DNA of 63,988 nucleotides, filler included, from Octopus bimaculoides (taxonomy: Eukaryota): NCBI RefSeq assembly GCF_001194135.2. It is 9 parts of 6 records of this genome, joined end to end, with 100 filler letters (N's around TTAATTAATTAA, not from the genome) between each part and the next. Parts side by side here need not be neighbours in the genome. Positions count along the whole stretch, not along the records: positions 1 to 20,688 come from NC_068986.1; positions 20,789 to 22,177 come from NC_069005.1; positions 22,278 to 25,780 come from NC_068986.1; 6 more parts are not named here. One strand, given 5' to 3'. The notes beneath the pieces were generated by a model. That model did no database searches and was not told where the DNA came from. It saw only the letters and a list, made by a program, of their open reading frames with translations. The position numbers and the translations under genes are program-made. This document shows positions 12,096 through 24,356 of the stretch, one piece after another (position 1 is the first letter of the stretch; every line of letters starts with the position of its first letter).

Positions 12096-13660
12096 AACTG
12101 ACTAGCATTGTATCCAAAGAAGGTTTGTTCTCTTGTCTGTTCAATGCTGTGAAGCAACCAAAACTGAGTGCTGATTCTGAAGAGTCTCTTGTGTAGGGTG
12201 TAAAAACCATAGCCATCATTCACAGGTGAATATGATTTGGTAGCATGTACATGCTTTGCTAATTGTTTTAGGTACCTTTTGTAGTTGTGATCAAACATAC
12301 ATACTCTTTTGGTCTTCCCACCCTTGATCAAGATGTGACTTCAGGACAAAGAAAGTACTGCATAGCATTTGGCTGGTGCTCATTTACAGCCAAGTGATCT
12401 GGAGCAACAAGAATTGAAGTACCTTTCTCAAAGATCCAATCTACTACCTAGTCCAGGAATTCAACCCATGACTACATGTTCCTGAGTTCAACATCGTAGC
12501 CATTAAGCCATATTTTGTGTGTAGTAGAAGTATTTAGATCGTGTATATAATCTATAAATGTATAGAGTTTACTGTTAATAATACAGTCTGTCTATATCAT
12601 AGAGCATATTGATTTCTTTTATATTAATATAAAAATGCAATTATGAGCTTAAAACATATATTTAGAAAATATGTTACAATTTACTTTTGACCATATATTT
12701 TTAACTGGTACACATCTGTTATTCAGATCCACACTTATCATTTGTTTCATAGTATTGACATGACAGTTAATTAGGTGTATGTCAGTTCATTGAAAATAAT
12801 AGGTACAGACTTTTAGTGGAGTCATATTGGCATCTGATGAAATACAAGATTTAGCTTTCATACTTAACATGTATACTTAACTTCATGGAATTGCTTCAGC
12901 TAAAATTTTTATTTTGTATTTCTTTTCACATTCTTATTTTACTTCATCATCATCATTTAACATCTGTTTCCCATGCTGGCATCGGTTGGACGGATTGACC
13001 GGAGCTGGCAAGTTGGAGAGTTGCACTCAGCTCCAATTGTCTATTTTGATGTGGTTTCTATGGCTGGATGCCCTTTCTGATGCCAACCATTTTATAGAGT
13101 GTACTGGGTACTTTTTAATGTGGAACTGAGAGATTATAGTATGAGTATGGCAGAGGTAGCCTTCTTACTACTGAGGAGATACTTGGCCACCTCAGTAGGA
13201 CAAAGAAGGAGAGAAAAGTGGGAGAGATAGATAGACGGAGTGAGTAGTCCAGGGGGGATAGAGGGGGATGTTCCATAACTCTAGTTGGATCAAAAACTAC
13301 CCTTCTCATAGTTCTCTTTGATGATGTGTGTAGAATAGACAGTAGATTTCTAGCAAGTCATTATCTTTGATCTAATTTCTGTTACAGATGAATTTTCAAT
13401 TATTTAACACTTCTTGTTGGGTGATGGTGGTTAAAAAGAATTGTTGCTTCTTGAAATGTGCTCTATCTTAAAACCTTTACATTTCATGCCCATTTTGGCA
13501 AGGCAAATAGAATCTTCAGTATGCCATTTATTAGACTCTGAGATGAAAGCAACAAAGTGTTTGAAGAAATTAATATTTTGTTTAAAACTCAGAATATTTT
13601 GTCACTTAATTGATACTGACCTGCCTGAAAGCACTCCTTTGCTATGGTACAAAAGCTCTT

Positions 13661-13878
13661 TTAACCCTTTAGTATTCAGAATACTTTATCAAATGTAATG
13701 CTTATTTATTCACATTGTTTTGAATTAATCATGCATTATTTCTTAACTTTGAAATTTCAATAATGTGATGGTTTACTTGTAAAATGACAATGTAGTGCAG
13801 GTGTAAGAGGCCAGAACTGGCTAGTTTGAACATAAAACAGGTAGAAAATGTTGGCTAATTTAAATGCTAATAGATTAA
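13661..13878 (+). mobile_element. TTAA-flanked piggyBac-like MITE
   Basis: TTAACCCTTTAG...AAATGCTAATAGATTAA. Confidence 0.7.
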
Positions 13879-14063
13879 AAGGTCTATATTTAAATTCAAT
13901 TAAAATCTACTGTGATTTTATGTAAGAACACCAATCAACATTAATATGAATGTTATTTTACAAAATCCCACCAAATTCTTGATTATTTTCAAAAAATAAC
14001 TGAAACACTAATAGACTGCATATTACATTAAAAATATGGTCGTTATTTTTCTTTTCTTTCTAG

Positions 14064-14188
14064 GTGTTTGGTCTTGGAAACAAAACATATGAACATTATA
14101 ATGCAATGGGAATCTTTGTAGATAAACGGTTAGAGGAACTTGGAGCAACACGGATTTTTGAACTTGGTCTTGGAGATGATGATGCAAA
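14064..14188 (+). CDS. POR: POR coding exon 5
   Basis: Encodes [41 protein letters not shown](N). 125 bp, AG/GT, phase 2. Confidence 0.97.
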
Positions 14189-15548
14189 GTAAATGTAGAT
14201 TATAACTGATTTTTATGTTGTTGTGTATCCCCAAGTTAGCCTTCATCAAATGGATCTCTATTGGTTCTGATGAGAATTCAATTGTTTGATCATCTGAATT
14301 ACCTGCTCATTGTTAGTGACTGAGTATTCCACAGAAATGTACCCTTACCAGAATTAATGCAACATTGTGTTTATGACAAGGCTGAACTTTAGAGCTGAAC
14401 TTTAGAATTATAGTGCAGCCCATCTGAAAGGCTTCTGTAACAGTTTCTCCCTAATTAATTTCACTCACAAGGTTTGGGTTGACTGAGGGCTGTGATAAAA
14501 GATACCGGCTCAAGATGTCTCACAGTGAAACTGAAATCATAGGACCTCGTGATTACAAAGCAAACTTCTTAACAATTCAGCCATGCTGTGTCATCAAGAA
14601 AACTTATTCTCAAAGGCATTCTAGCCATGCCCATTTTGCATTATATCTGAGGCATAGTATATGCTAAACAAGCATTTTTAGCAATAAGGTATATACATGG
14701 TTGTATGAATTGCAGTTTTAAGGTCTGATATATTATGTAATCTGTTAAATGAATTCAGGATGGATAATAATAAACAAATTCAAAGACAAGTTGCAATTGA
14801 CCACAAACAAATATTTATTACTATGGCTAAAATTTGATACAACAAACTGGTAGGACATTAATAATTGTCAATACATTATATAGTTTTAAATGCTCATAAA
14901 AATGAAGACAGAAAGGTTAGAAAAACGTGGAATACAGCACCACAAAAATTCTGGCTATAATTCTATTCAAATGTTGTTAAGACACTAGGCATAATATCGA
15001 GGATTCTGGTTTGAATTCTGTTCAAGCTGAAAACGGCAAAGTGAAATCAAACTGTTCTCACATCAAGATCCCAGGTCACTTGTAGCAAAACTCTCCTCCT
15101 TAGGAACTTAGTGGGCCAAAACCTCTCATTTTATAGCTGCTGAACAGATGCTAGGCTAGCCAATCACATTAAAGGGGTGGATGGTCCAAGTAAAACTAAA
15201 TGGATTTGACCTTCACATAGTAAATCAAAATGGGTAGTTAAAAGTAAAAAGCTACAATGTGGGCAGCTAAAGTTCAAGAGCAATCATGCTTCTGCTGTAT
15301 ATCTTTGTTATTGAAGATGGTGAGGTGTGACTTGAGGAAAACTTAGCTGCTTTTTCTGGCAGGTTGAGTGACTGTGGTTGCTATATGTGCTAGAAATAGA
15401 AGCCAAATCTTCAACTCACATCTTACTTGCATGTAAAAGAAGGAAAAAAGGCACAATATTTCTCAAATGGCTGATGTAAACTCCTTAATCCTCCTTCATT
15501 GATAGTTTATAGACATTTTTATATTTTTAATCTATTTTGCTTTTTTAG

Positions 15549-15638
15549 CATTGAAGAAGATTTCTTATCTTGGAGAGAAAGACTCTGGCCAGCATTTGGT
15601 GAATATTTTGGCATTGAAGCTGTTGAGACAGATATAAG
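15549..15638 (+). CDS. POR: POR coding exon 6
   Basis: Encodes (N)IEEDFLSWRERLWPAFGEYFGIEAVETDI(S). 90 bp, AG/GT. Confidence 0.95.
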
Positions 15639-16029
15639 GTTTGTGTTCATCTCAGTCTTTTGTTTTACTCTTTGTTATATTATGTGTGTCTGTGTGTGTG
15701 CAGTGTATGCATGTGTATTTCATCATCATCCTTTAACATCTGTTTTCCATTCTGGCATGAGTTGTACAGTTTGACCAGAGTTGGCAAACAGGATAGCTGC
15801 ACCAGGTTTTAGTTTGATTTGGCTTGGTTTCTATGGCTGGATTCCCTTCCTAATGCCAACCTCTATACAGTGTGTGCTGGATACTTTTAATGTGGCACCG
15901 GCATGAGCGCTTGTATGTGGCTCTTTTGGGAGTGCTTTTTATGTGGAACTGGTACAAGGCTTCTGCAGGCCAATCTGCTTCATTAGGTGGAGTGGCATTA
16001 TATATATCCATGTGGGTAAGTATGTGAAT

Positions 16030-16465
16030 ACATACATGTGGATGTGTATGTATACATGCATGTGGGTGTGTGTGTATACATGCATGTGAGTGTGTGTGTG
16101 TGTATACATGCATGTGGGTGTGGGTGTATACATGCAGGTGGGAATTGTGTGTATACATGCATGTGGGTGTGTGTGTGTGTGTATACATGCATATGGGTGT
16201 GTGTGCATACATATATGTGGGTGTGTATGCATACATGCATGTGGGTGTGTATGCATACATGCATGTGGGTGCGTGTGTATACATGCATGTGGTTGCGTGT
16301 GTATACATGCATGTGGGTGTATACATGCATGTGGGTGTGTGTGTATACATGCATGTGGGTGCGTATATATACATGCATGTGTGTGTATACACACGCATGC
16401 ATGTGTATGCACACGCATGCATGTGTATGCACACGCATGCATGTGTATGTGTGTATACACATACA
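16030..16465. repeat. Minisatellite, unit about GTATACATGCATGTGG(GT)n (20-30 bp)
   Basis: Roughly 15 tandem units seen directly. It generates the spurious Cys/His/Thr-rich ORFs in all six frames. Confidence 0.95.
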
Positions 16466-16709
16466 CACATCATCATCACTTCCACATTTACCAACCCATG
16501 CATGCATAGGTTGGAAGGGTTGTTTCTAACACAGCCTTTTACCATTTCTTTTGCTCTTTTATGATTTCTTTCTAGGATTCAATGTCCTGAGATCAGCTTC
16601 TACCATTTGTGCCTATGTCTTCCTTAGTCTTCCTCTTCCACAGTTTCCTTCCACTTAGATGTTCTAGAACTTCTTTTTCTATCTATTATCTGCTATATAT
16701 ACATCATGT

Positions 16710-16747
<38 letters not shown>

Positions 16748-16786
16748 GGTTTCTAAGTGAAACATTTCTGTCTTCCTAATTTCCAG

Positions 16787-16888
16787 CTTGCGTCAGTACC
16801 AGTTGACGGTCCATGAAGATCTTGATGAAGAAGACCAATATTATCAAGGAGAGATGTTTAGAATGGGGTCTTACACTGCCCAGAAACC
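16787..16888 (+). CDS. POR: POR coding exon 7
   Basis: Encodes (S)LRQYQLTVHEDLDEEDQYYQGEMFRMGSYTAQK(P). 102 bp, AG/GTGAGT. Confidence 0.93.
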
Positions 16889-19800
16889 GTGAGTCCTTTT
16901 TTTCTAATATTTTTATGTATTTTTAGAAACAATTATATAAATATGTTTTTGTTTGTTATTAGGGACAAGCAGTATTAGTTCAAAACAACATTTTGTATAT
17001 CTTACTTAACGTGAATAAACTGTAGAAAGCTAAAAAACTGCAATGTTCATCTCAAGAAGGCATTGCACTTAGACATATAGTGCTAAAAAAAAATCACACA
17101 AGAATGCCAGCAGCAGATGGAAAGTATCTACTACTGATATAATTCTTTGCTTTTAGCACTATACATCTATACAAGATTGTTTCTCGAGACAAATATTGCA
17201 GTTTTGTGGCTTTCTCCAATATACCAATATTAAGTAAGATATACAGAATGCTGTTTTTATTTGTAGCTGTCAGTAAGATATATAAAAGGATGCTTATGAG
17301 CTAAATTATGTTATAGTAATGTGGGCATTAACATATTTGATACAGTAATTCAAAGAAACTTAATTCATTTAAAATTCCATTGTTAAATAATTATTTCTTG
17401 TCAGAAAAGAAAGTGAAGATTACTCCAAAAAATTGTAATTATCATCATTTTTACAGTCTGTCACACAAACAATCCAGTCTTTTGTGAAAACATGACTGGC
17501 CATGGGGAAATATCACTTTGGTTGGAAACAGGTGAGAGTTGGCAACAGGCTGAGAATTTGACTGGAGAAAATATAGCTCAATGAATTTTGTCTGACCTAT
17601 GCAAACATGGAAAAGTGGGTGCTAGAAGATGTTGATATACAATGGTCTTTTTATATCAGTTTCTATCATTCATATGGCATTGGTCATTTTGAGACTTGAG
17701 GGAAGAAGTCATTCAAGATGCCATGCAATAGGACGGAACCTGAAGTCACATGGCAGTAAAGTGAACTTTGCTATGCAATCATGCCCAAATTTAACTGAAT
17801 ATGGAATACAGTGGTGGGAGTAATTCTGGTGTTTAGTAGTATGGTAATAAGTGGATAAATTTTAGCTTCATTAAATCTCATCAGTGAAACAGTTTAACCA
17901 GAGGTTAAATACATAGCAAGAAAACAAATAATTTGATAGAGTTAGTGTTGATCTAGCATACAAGTTGAATTTCTCAGACCAAAATTTACAGCCAAAAATG
18001 TAGGTTGACTTGTATACCAGAACAATTTTTGATGACCAAAATTTCAATGTGAAATGCAGCAGGATTTGGAAAGATAGTGACAATATTTGAATGCTTACAC
18101 TATATACTATGTCAACTTGTATGCTGGAGACAGATTTATTTTCACTCAGCAAGCCTTAAAGGATTCCTTTTGCGTTATATCTATATTGACTGGGTTCATG
18201 TATACTTAACAACAAAAGCAACAAAGAGCTGCCTCAAAGCCAAAAGCAGTAATTTTTTTCTATAATAGCTTACTGTATAAATAAACTCATTGACGTCATG
18301 AACCAAAGGTTCCCACTGCTTCTGTTGCTGCTATTTTTGTTACATCTGAAAAGAAAAAGAAAAATTAATTCTATGTTGTTTGGCTGCATGTTTTACATTT
18401 TTTTGTTGTTTGATGTATTTTTAATGTTATGCTTTTTCTTTTTTTTTTTACCTTTATCAAATTAAATCTTAAAGTTGTTCTTTCTCTTGTGCTTGTATGA
18501 AGAGGATGCATATCTCTATATGAAAGTAAGGGAGGGTAAATAGTGATACTACATCAAGCTTGTGGGAAATGGCAGAAGAAGAGAATTGCTGCAGATCTTT
18601 ATTGACTGCAGAAATATACAGGATGTTTGTGAATGAATGAATGAATGAATGCTGGCATGGCATGTTACAAATTAAAAGAATTCTTGAGAAAAGATATTCA
18701 AGATAATGCAGCCAGATGTTATAGTAAAGTAGTGTATTATGTCCCCTTTTATAAAGACAACTGTATGGGTGAGATCTTTGTGGATACAAGGATGCATGTG
18801 TGTTAAGCATTATCCTTTTAAAATTAAGATATTGTTTGATACTCATTTTATTGAATCTACTTTAGTTATGAAAGTAAAGAACATTTTATAATTTAGGAGT
18901 TGTGGCTGTGTGGTTAACATATTTGTTTTGCAGCCATGTGGTTATGGTTCAATCTCACTGTATTGCCTTCTACCATAGCTTTGAGATAATGTTGTGTAAG
19001 TAAAACTAGATATATGCATGGCTTGTGAGTGGAATTATTAGATGAAAGAGGTGTGTGTGTGTGTGTGTGTGAAATTGTTATTAGTCCACTGTTTTGTTTG
19101 TCACCATCTGAGCAAAGTGGTGACACGAAGTTTACATTCATTCCTTATTGGTATCATGACCACCCACTTTGTGGTTTCATAATAGCAGTGGAATATAGCA
19201 TTCCTTACTCGAAAACAAAGTAAGGGTTGGTGACAGGAAGGATATATGGCTAGAAAATGCTGCCTCAAGTTAGTCCTTGGCCAACCTTTGCTAAAGTGGA
19301 AAAATAAAATGTTTAAATGAACAAACCTGTGTGTGTGGAGGTTGGGAGGCACACGTACTGAAACAGAAATGTGCATGTCAGTAGATACTCTGTTGTATTT
19401 ATGTCCAGAAAAAGAGGGAGGTTGAATCTCTAAAATAGTTGAAAATCTGGTAAAACTTATTCACTTGATAAAATACATTTAGTAAAATGGTTATCTTGGC
19501 AGTGATGTCCCATCAGGGCATGGTCCATTAACTGAAACTAGTAAATGAGAATATTTACCTTTTTTTTTTTCTTTTTTTAAATTTTTTTTTATCAGAAGAA
19601 TAATATTAGGTGACTTTACCAGCCAGCTGCAGAAAGACCTTCCTAAGTAACACACTTTATTGTGAGACTGGATGTTTTTAAGGTCTGCAATTGCTGATGC
19701 TAGTAGGCATGGCACATAAAGAAGAAATAGCAAATATGGTGTATTATTATGAGAGTTAAAGTTGATTCAATTTATACTTTGCTGTTCGCCTTTGGATCTA

Positions 19801-20135
19801 AATGTTGATAATTCATATTAGTTCACCTAGTTGTGCTGTACTTTTGCTAACGACAGCTGTCTTGTAATAGCTAATTAGTGGGCTACTTGTAAATAGCTTG
19901 CAAGGTTGAGTTTAATAAACCTTTCTATGGACTATTGAATATAGTAACAGGTATCTACTCAAGTATATATGGATTATGACCAGTTTTTAGTCATTGGTAG
20001 GTTATCTCTGGATAAGAAAAGTAAAACAGTTCATTCCATGCAATATCACATGTACATGAGTTAAATTATAAAATATGTATATATTATTGCACTAAATTGT
20101 ACATTTTATTTCTATATTAAATTTTTCCTTATCAG

Positions 20136-20252
20136 TCCTTATGATGCTAAAAATCCATTCCTGGCTCCAGTTGTTGTCAATAAAGAATTATTCAAAAATA
20201 CAGACCGTTCATGTATGCACATTGAATTTGATATTAGTGGCTCAAAGATAAG
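20136..20252 (+). CDS. POR: POR coding exon 8 (start of FAD domain); last exon visible
   Basis: Encodes (P)PYDAKNPFLAPVVVNKELFKNTDRSCMHIEFDISGSKI(R). 117 bp, AG/GTGAGT. Confidence 0.96.
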
Positions 20253-20322
20253 GTGAGTTTATACAAAATAATGACAGTATGTGCAATGTTTTTGAGCTTG
20301 TGTATGTGTATCTATAAGTTTA

Positions 20323-20479
20323 CTAGCAGAAATACCCGGCTTTGCCCGGGTTAAAGAGAATAATGAAATCTAAAAATGCCGTCTAGACTACGCAACCCTC
20401 AACTGTTAGTAGCTACGATACCATATTTCTACATTAATAACTCTCCAATCCATGCCAGCATGGAACATAGACATTAAGT
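20323..20479 (-). mobile_element. Helitron 3' terminus (second copy, inverted relative to 371-527)
   Basis: Near-identical reverse complement of 371-527, including the hairpin and CTAG (20323-20326). The element probably continues to the gap at 20689. Confidence 0.8.
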
Positions 20480-20688
20480 GGAATGCCAGTCTTTCATCTA
20501 GGAGGGCCTTGAAATCAATGTTACCAACTGGGGACTATGTGTGTCGCAGTGATAATAAAAAGACCCAAAGGAGGTCTGCAACGAAATAATTTTACTCAAC
20601 ACTTTGCAAGTGAATCAGTGGAGGCAAAGATGCGTCTCATTTACTTGACAATTTATGCACCACATTGCAGAAATCTGTACCGTTGAAT

Positions 20689-20788
20689 NNNNNNNNNNNN
20701 NNNNNNNNNNNNNNNNNNNNNNNNNNNNNNNNTTAATTAATTAANNNNNNNNNNNNNNNNNNNNNNNNNNNNNNNNNNNNNNNNNNNN
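20689..20788. other. Artificial scaffold linker 44N-TTAATTAATTAA-44N
   Basis: Identical 100-bp linkers occur at 22178, 25781, 31583, 34049, 54393, 57331 and 62849. The 12-mer is a palindrome with stops in all six frames. Confidence 0.95.
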
Positions 20789-20791
20789 TTT

Positions 20792-21840
20792 CTAACACAT
20801 TGTGTGTGTTTTCCTTCTGTTTTTTGTTTTCGTGTTGGTGGGGAATGGGTTGTCTGCAGGGGGAGGGTGGGACGAAGAGGGTGTAGGTGGGCTTTGGGTG
20901 GGTTGGGGTTCTGCATGTGAGAAGCCTACATTCTTCCTTTTTCTTTTTGAACTTTTACTCGCTTTCCATTCCCTTTCTTCGTTTTCTTCTGTCTTCTCTA
21001 TTTTTTCCTGTTTGTTTTTTAGTATCTCCTGTGTATTCCACTCTTCTGCTTCTTTGTTCGGTGGAAGGCAATTCGCTCTAATGTGGCCCTTCAGACCACA
21101 TTTATAACAGCGAGGGATTCTGCCCTCCACCCACACTCTCAGACTTATGTCGCCTATGGTTATTGTCTCTGCCAATTTTTCTAGTGTTTCTTTCTCACTT
21201 TGGATGTTCATTTGCAATGTTTTCCCCTTCCACGTCCCGTCTTCAGCTGATGTGACTTGGATAACGGACACCTTTTCCTCACTTCCGAGGAGTACAGCCG
21301 CCGCCACCCAAGCCGCTTCCATATCCGGTGGTATTCCTTCTACTCTGACTTTGGATGTCCTTCTTCCAAGATACATGGGTAGAAGGACTACATTCTCAGT
21401 TTTCACCGTTTTTATAGCCATCCTTTTTGCTGCCTCTTCCGACTTGAACTGTACAACTATTGTACCGAATTTATTGCCTCGTGAAAGGAATATTACGTCT
21501 TTCGTTATAGTTCGTAACGCCTTTTCTATCGTTTCAATTTCCATAATTTCCACTTTATTTTTTCTGCTGCAATTACTTTATACATAATGGTTCTTCTTTC
21601 CATTCTTTCCATTATTTTCTGCGGTGGCGACAGTTTCGCTTCTCCACCCGCTTTCGTTGCCATTTTCTGATATTTCAACATTTTCGTGAGGTCCACCTCA
21701 CATGATTTAACCTCTGTTATTTCTGCAAAGCTCTTCTCCTTCAAAACTTCATCTATTTTGTAGAGAGCCCTTGCCAGTTCATTTTCCGAGGATGACAATT
21801 CTGACCCACTCAGGTCAGAATAGAACATATTTTTCGCCAT
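20792..21840 (-). mobile_element. ORF1 (gag-like, CCHC zinc knuckle) of an L1/Tx1-clade non-LTR retrotransposon, one frameshift
   Basis: A 253-aa ORF with an RRM-like region and CYKCGLKGHIRANC, plus an overlapping 104-aa upstream ORF. One extra A in the A6 run near 21565 would join them. ORF2 would fall beyond the gap. Confidence 0.8.
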
Positions 21841-22878
21841 TTGGTCCAGCTAATTCCCCTCAACACGGAGTAAACGCACCACCGTCAAAAACCGCTGCAA
21901 AGCAGCACAAAAACCTCACACAAAAAATCAAACAACAGCAAATCACCAATAGCACGCACAGATTCGATTTGGGATCTGTTTTTTTTATTACCCATGCGGG
22001 CTAACATAGAGGGGACAGAACAAAACATGTGGGACATAAAACATATAAAAAAACAGAAATGAATGTTATAATGTATGAAAACATGAATATGATAAAAGGG
22101 AAATGGAACCACTCGCCCCAGCCACGGGCGGCCCCATTTTCTACCTTTTAAATCCTGACCCCTCTAACACATCTATANNNNNNNNNNNNNNNNNNNNNNN
22201 NNNNNNNNNNNNNNNNNNNNNTTAATTAATTAANNNNNNNNNNNNNNNNNNNNNNNNNNNNNNNNNNNNNNNNNNNNATATACATATATATACATATATA
22301 CACATATATATCTATATTGAGGGCTTGTGCATTATCTTATAGATTTGTCTTACCCGGCGTCCTTACAATTCTGCCAGCCCGTGGCCCTTTATATGTTTTA
22401 ATTTCAGTATTTCTACTAGGACGGTGAGCTGGGAAAATCGATACCACGCCGGTAATTCGTCCGTCGTCGTTACGTTCACGGGCGATTTTATCTTTCACCC
22501 TTTCGGAGTCGATCAGAGAAATACCAGTTCAACACTGGGGTCAATGTAATTGATTACCCTCCATCCTCGGAACTGCTGGTCTTGTACCGAAGTTTGAAAT
22601 TAGCGTTTGTACATCCGAATATAATTTTTTTTTATATACTTACATATGTATTAACTTACATTATTTTAGCTCTACTTTACCTATTATATAAATGTATATT
22701 TTATGCAAATACATACATGTAAGTATATATATATAATGTATAATATATAAAGTATGATATTATTATATGTACATCATACAACACACATATTTATATATGC
22801 ATATATATACATATATATATACACATATTTATACCTACATATAAATGTAAATATATATGTATACATACATACATACAG

Positions 22879-22954
<76 letters not shown>

Positions 22955-24308
22955 GTATATCTGAATGTAGTATCGTCCATAAGAAAAAAATGCTGGGAGA
23001 TCTAGATGTAATATTCTTCTAGAGCATATTATGTACATGTACGTCTGCGTAAAGGTGTTTTTACATTTAGAACTTATGCATATAACAAATTGCATACTTT
23101 ATACCAAAATACAAGTAAACAACTTTGTTATAGCCATTTAACGAAGAAGCACACTGCATCAGAGGAAGGTATATCATGTATAATAATCATAAAAAATTGC
23201 ATAATTGGTGGAGAATCTTTTAATCTTGCTGCACCTTATATTAATGACGCAGTCAACGAAAATATGAAAAGAAAAACAATATATACACGATTACAGCATA
23301 AAGATTTGCAAACATTAAAAAAGAAAAATATAATTGGATGTGTTGGTGTTAATAGGAACGTAACAGCTAACTTGTCCTTGGTATGACTTTAAACTGCATC
23401 CGGTTGTAGGTCCCTAGTTCGAAAGTTCCATGGTTTTGAGGAGCGTGGAACCTCTTCTTAGCCCCTATTATTCTAAAGTCTACATTGATCCAGAGCAGTG
23501 GAAATTGTTAGGGTTCCGGCCATGGGTTAATTAGCATGCTTTGGAAATTACCTCTGAAAATTAGGGTCCCTTACAGATACCCCAACGGATCAAGGGCTGA
23601 TGAGGCCCTTGGGTACTTTTGTAGGGCATCTAAGGGAAGATCATCTCATACAAATACCTACATTCTCATAACTAGTGGGCGCTTGTTACACCAGGCCAAT
23701 ACATGTTTGAAGGACGAGAGAATGGGACAGGTTTTGCACTAACCTATGCACCTCCACTAGAATAATACTCATCGTAAAAGTTATGGCAGCAGCACCATCA
23801 CTATCACACTTTCTTCATAAGTTCAGCGGTGAAAGAGAAATAGGGCTTGGAGATAGGTGGAAGATGCTACTGGAAGTCTTCAGCTTTGACTCAGATCGGA
23901 CAAAGTGGCCACAGGGAGAATGGTCATTATTTTAGCTGTGCTCTGCTGAACCTTCACTCGACGAAGCAACAAAAGAGTCCACAACACTTAACATAACTAA
24001 ATACAAATACCTCCTAAACAACTCGAATACTTCGGCCTGTTGAACATAAAACTTAGCTACAATACTCTGAAAGCAACATCGTTATATCTGGAAGTACTTA
24101 AAGCAAGGACATAGTTAAGTGAAGGTCAAACTCCTCACTGCATCATCGTTACTCCATGATGGGTGTCCAAAGAAAGTTACTTGTGTATTGAGACAAATAT
24201 CTTTGGCAGACGACAATGAGGAGAAAAGCTTTACATTGATGCAGCTTCGAGTTCAGTTTCTTCAACTATCGACCCATGCCTTGTGTATAAGTATAGAGGC
24301 CCGTCGTG

Positions 24309-24356
<48 letters not shown>

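Noticed and set aside
15850-16564. Long ORFs of 139-231 aa rich in Cys/His/Thr/Tyr
   Set aside because: They are translations of the minisatellite and are open in all frames, with no domain signature.
20802-21587. Plus-strand ORFs of 101 and 146 aa over the Tx1 region
   Set aside because: Antisense shadows of ORF1.
23597-23615. CTGATGAGGCCC, and similar CTGATGA hits at 14267, 30975 and 60924
   Set aside because: No compatible GAAA strand or stems in either standard or permuted order.
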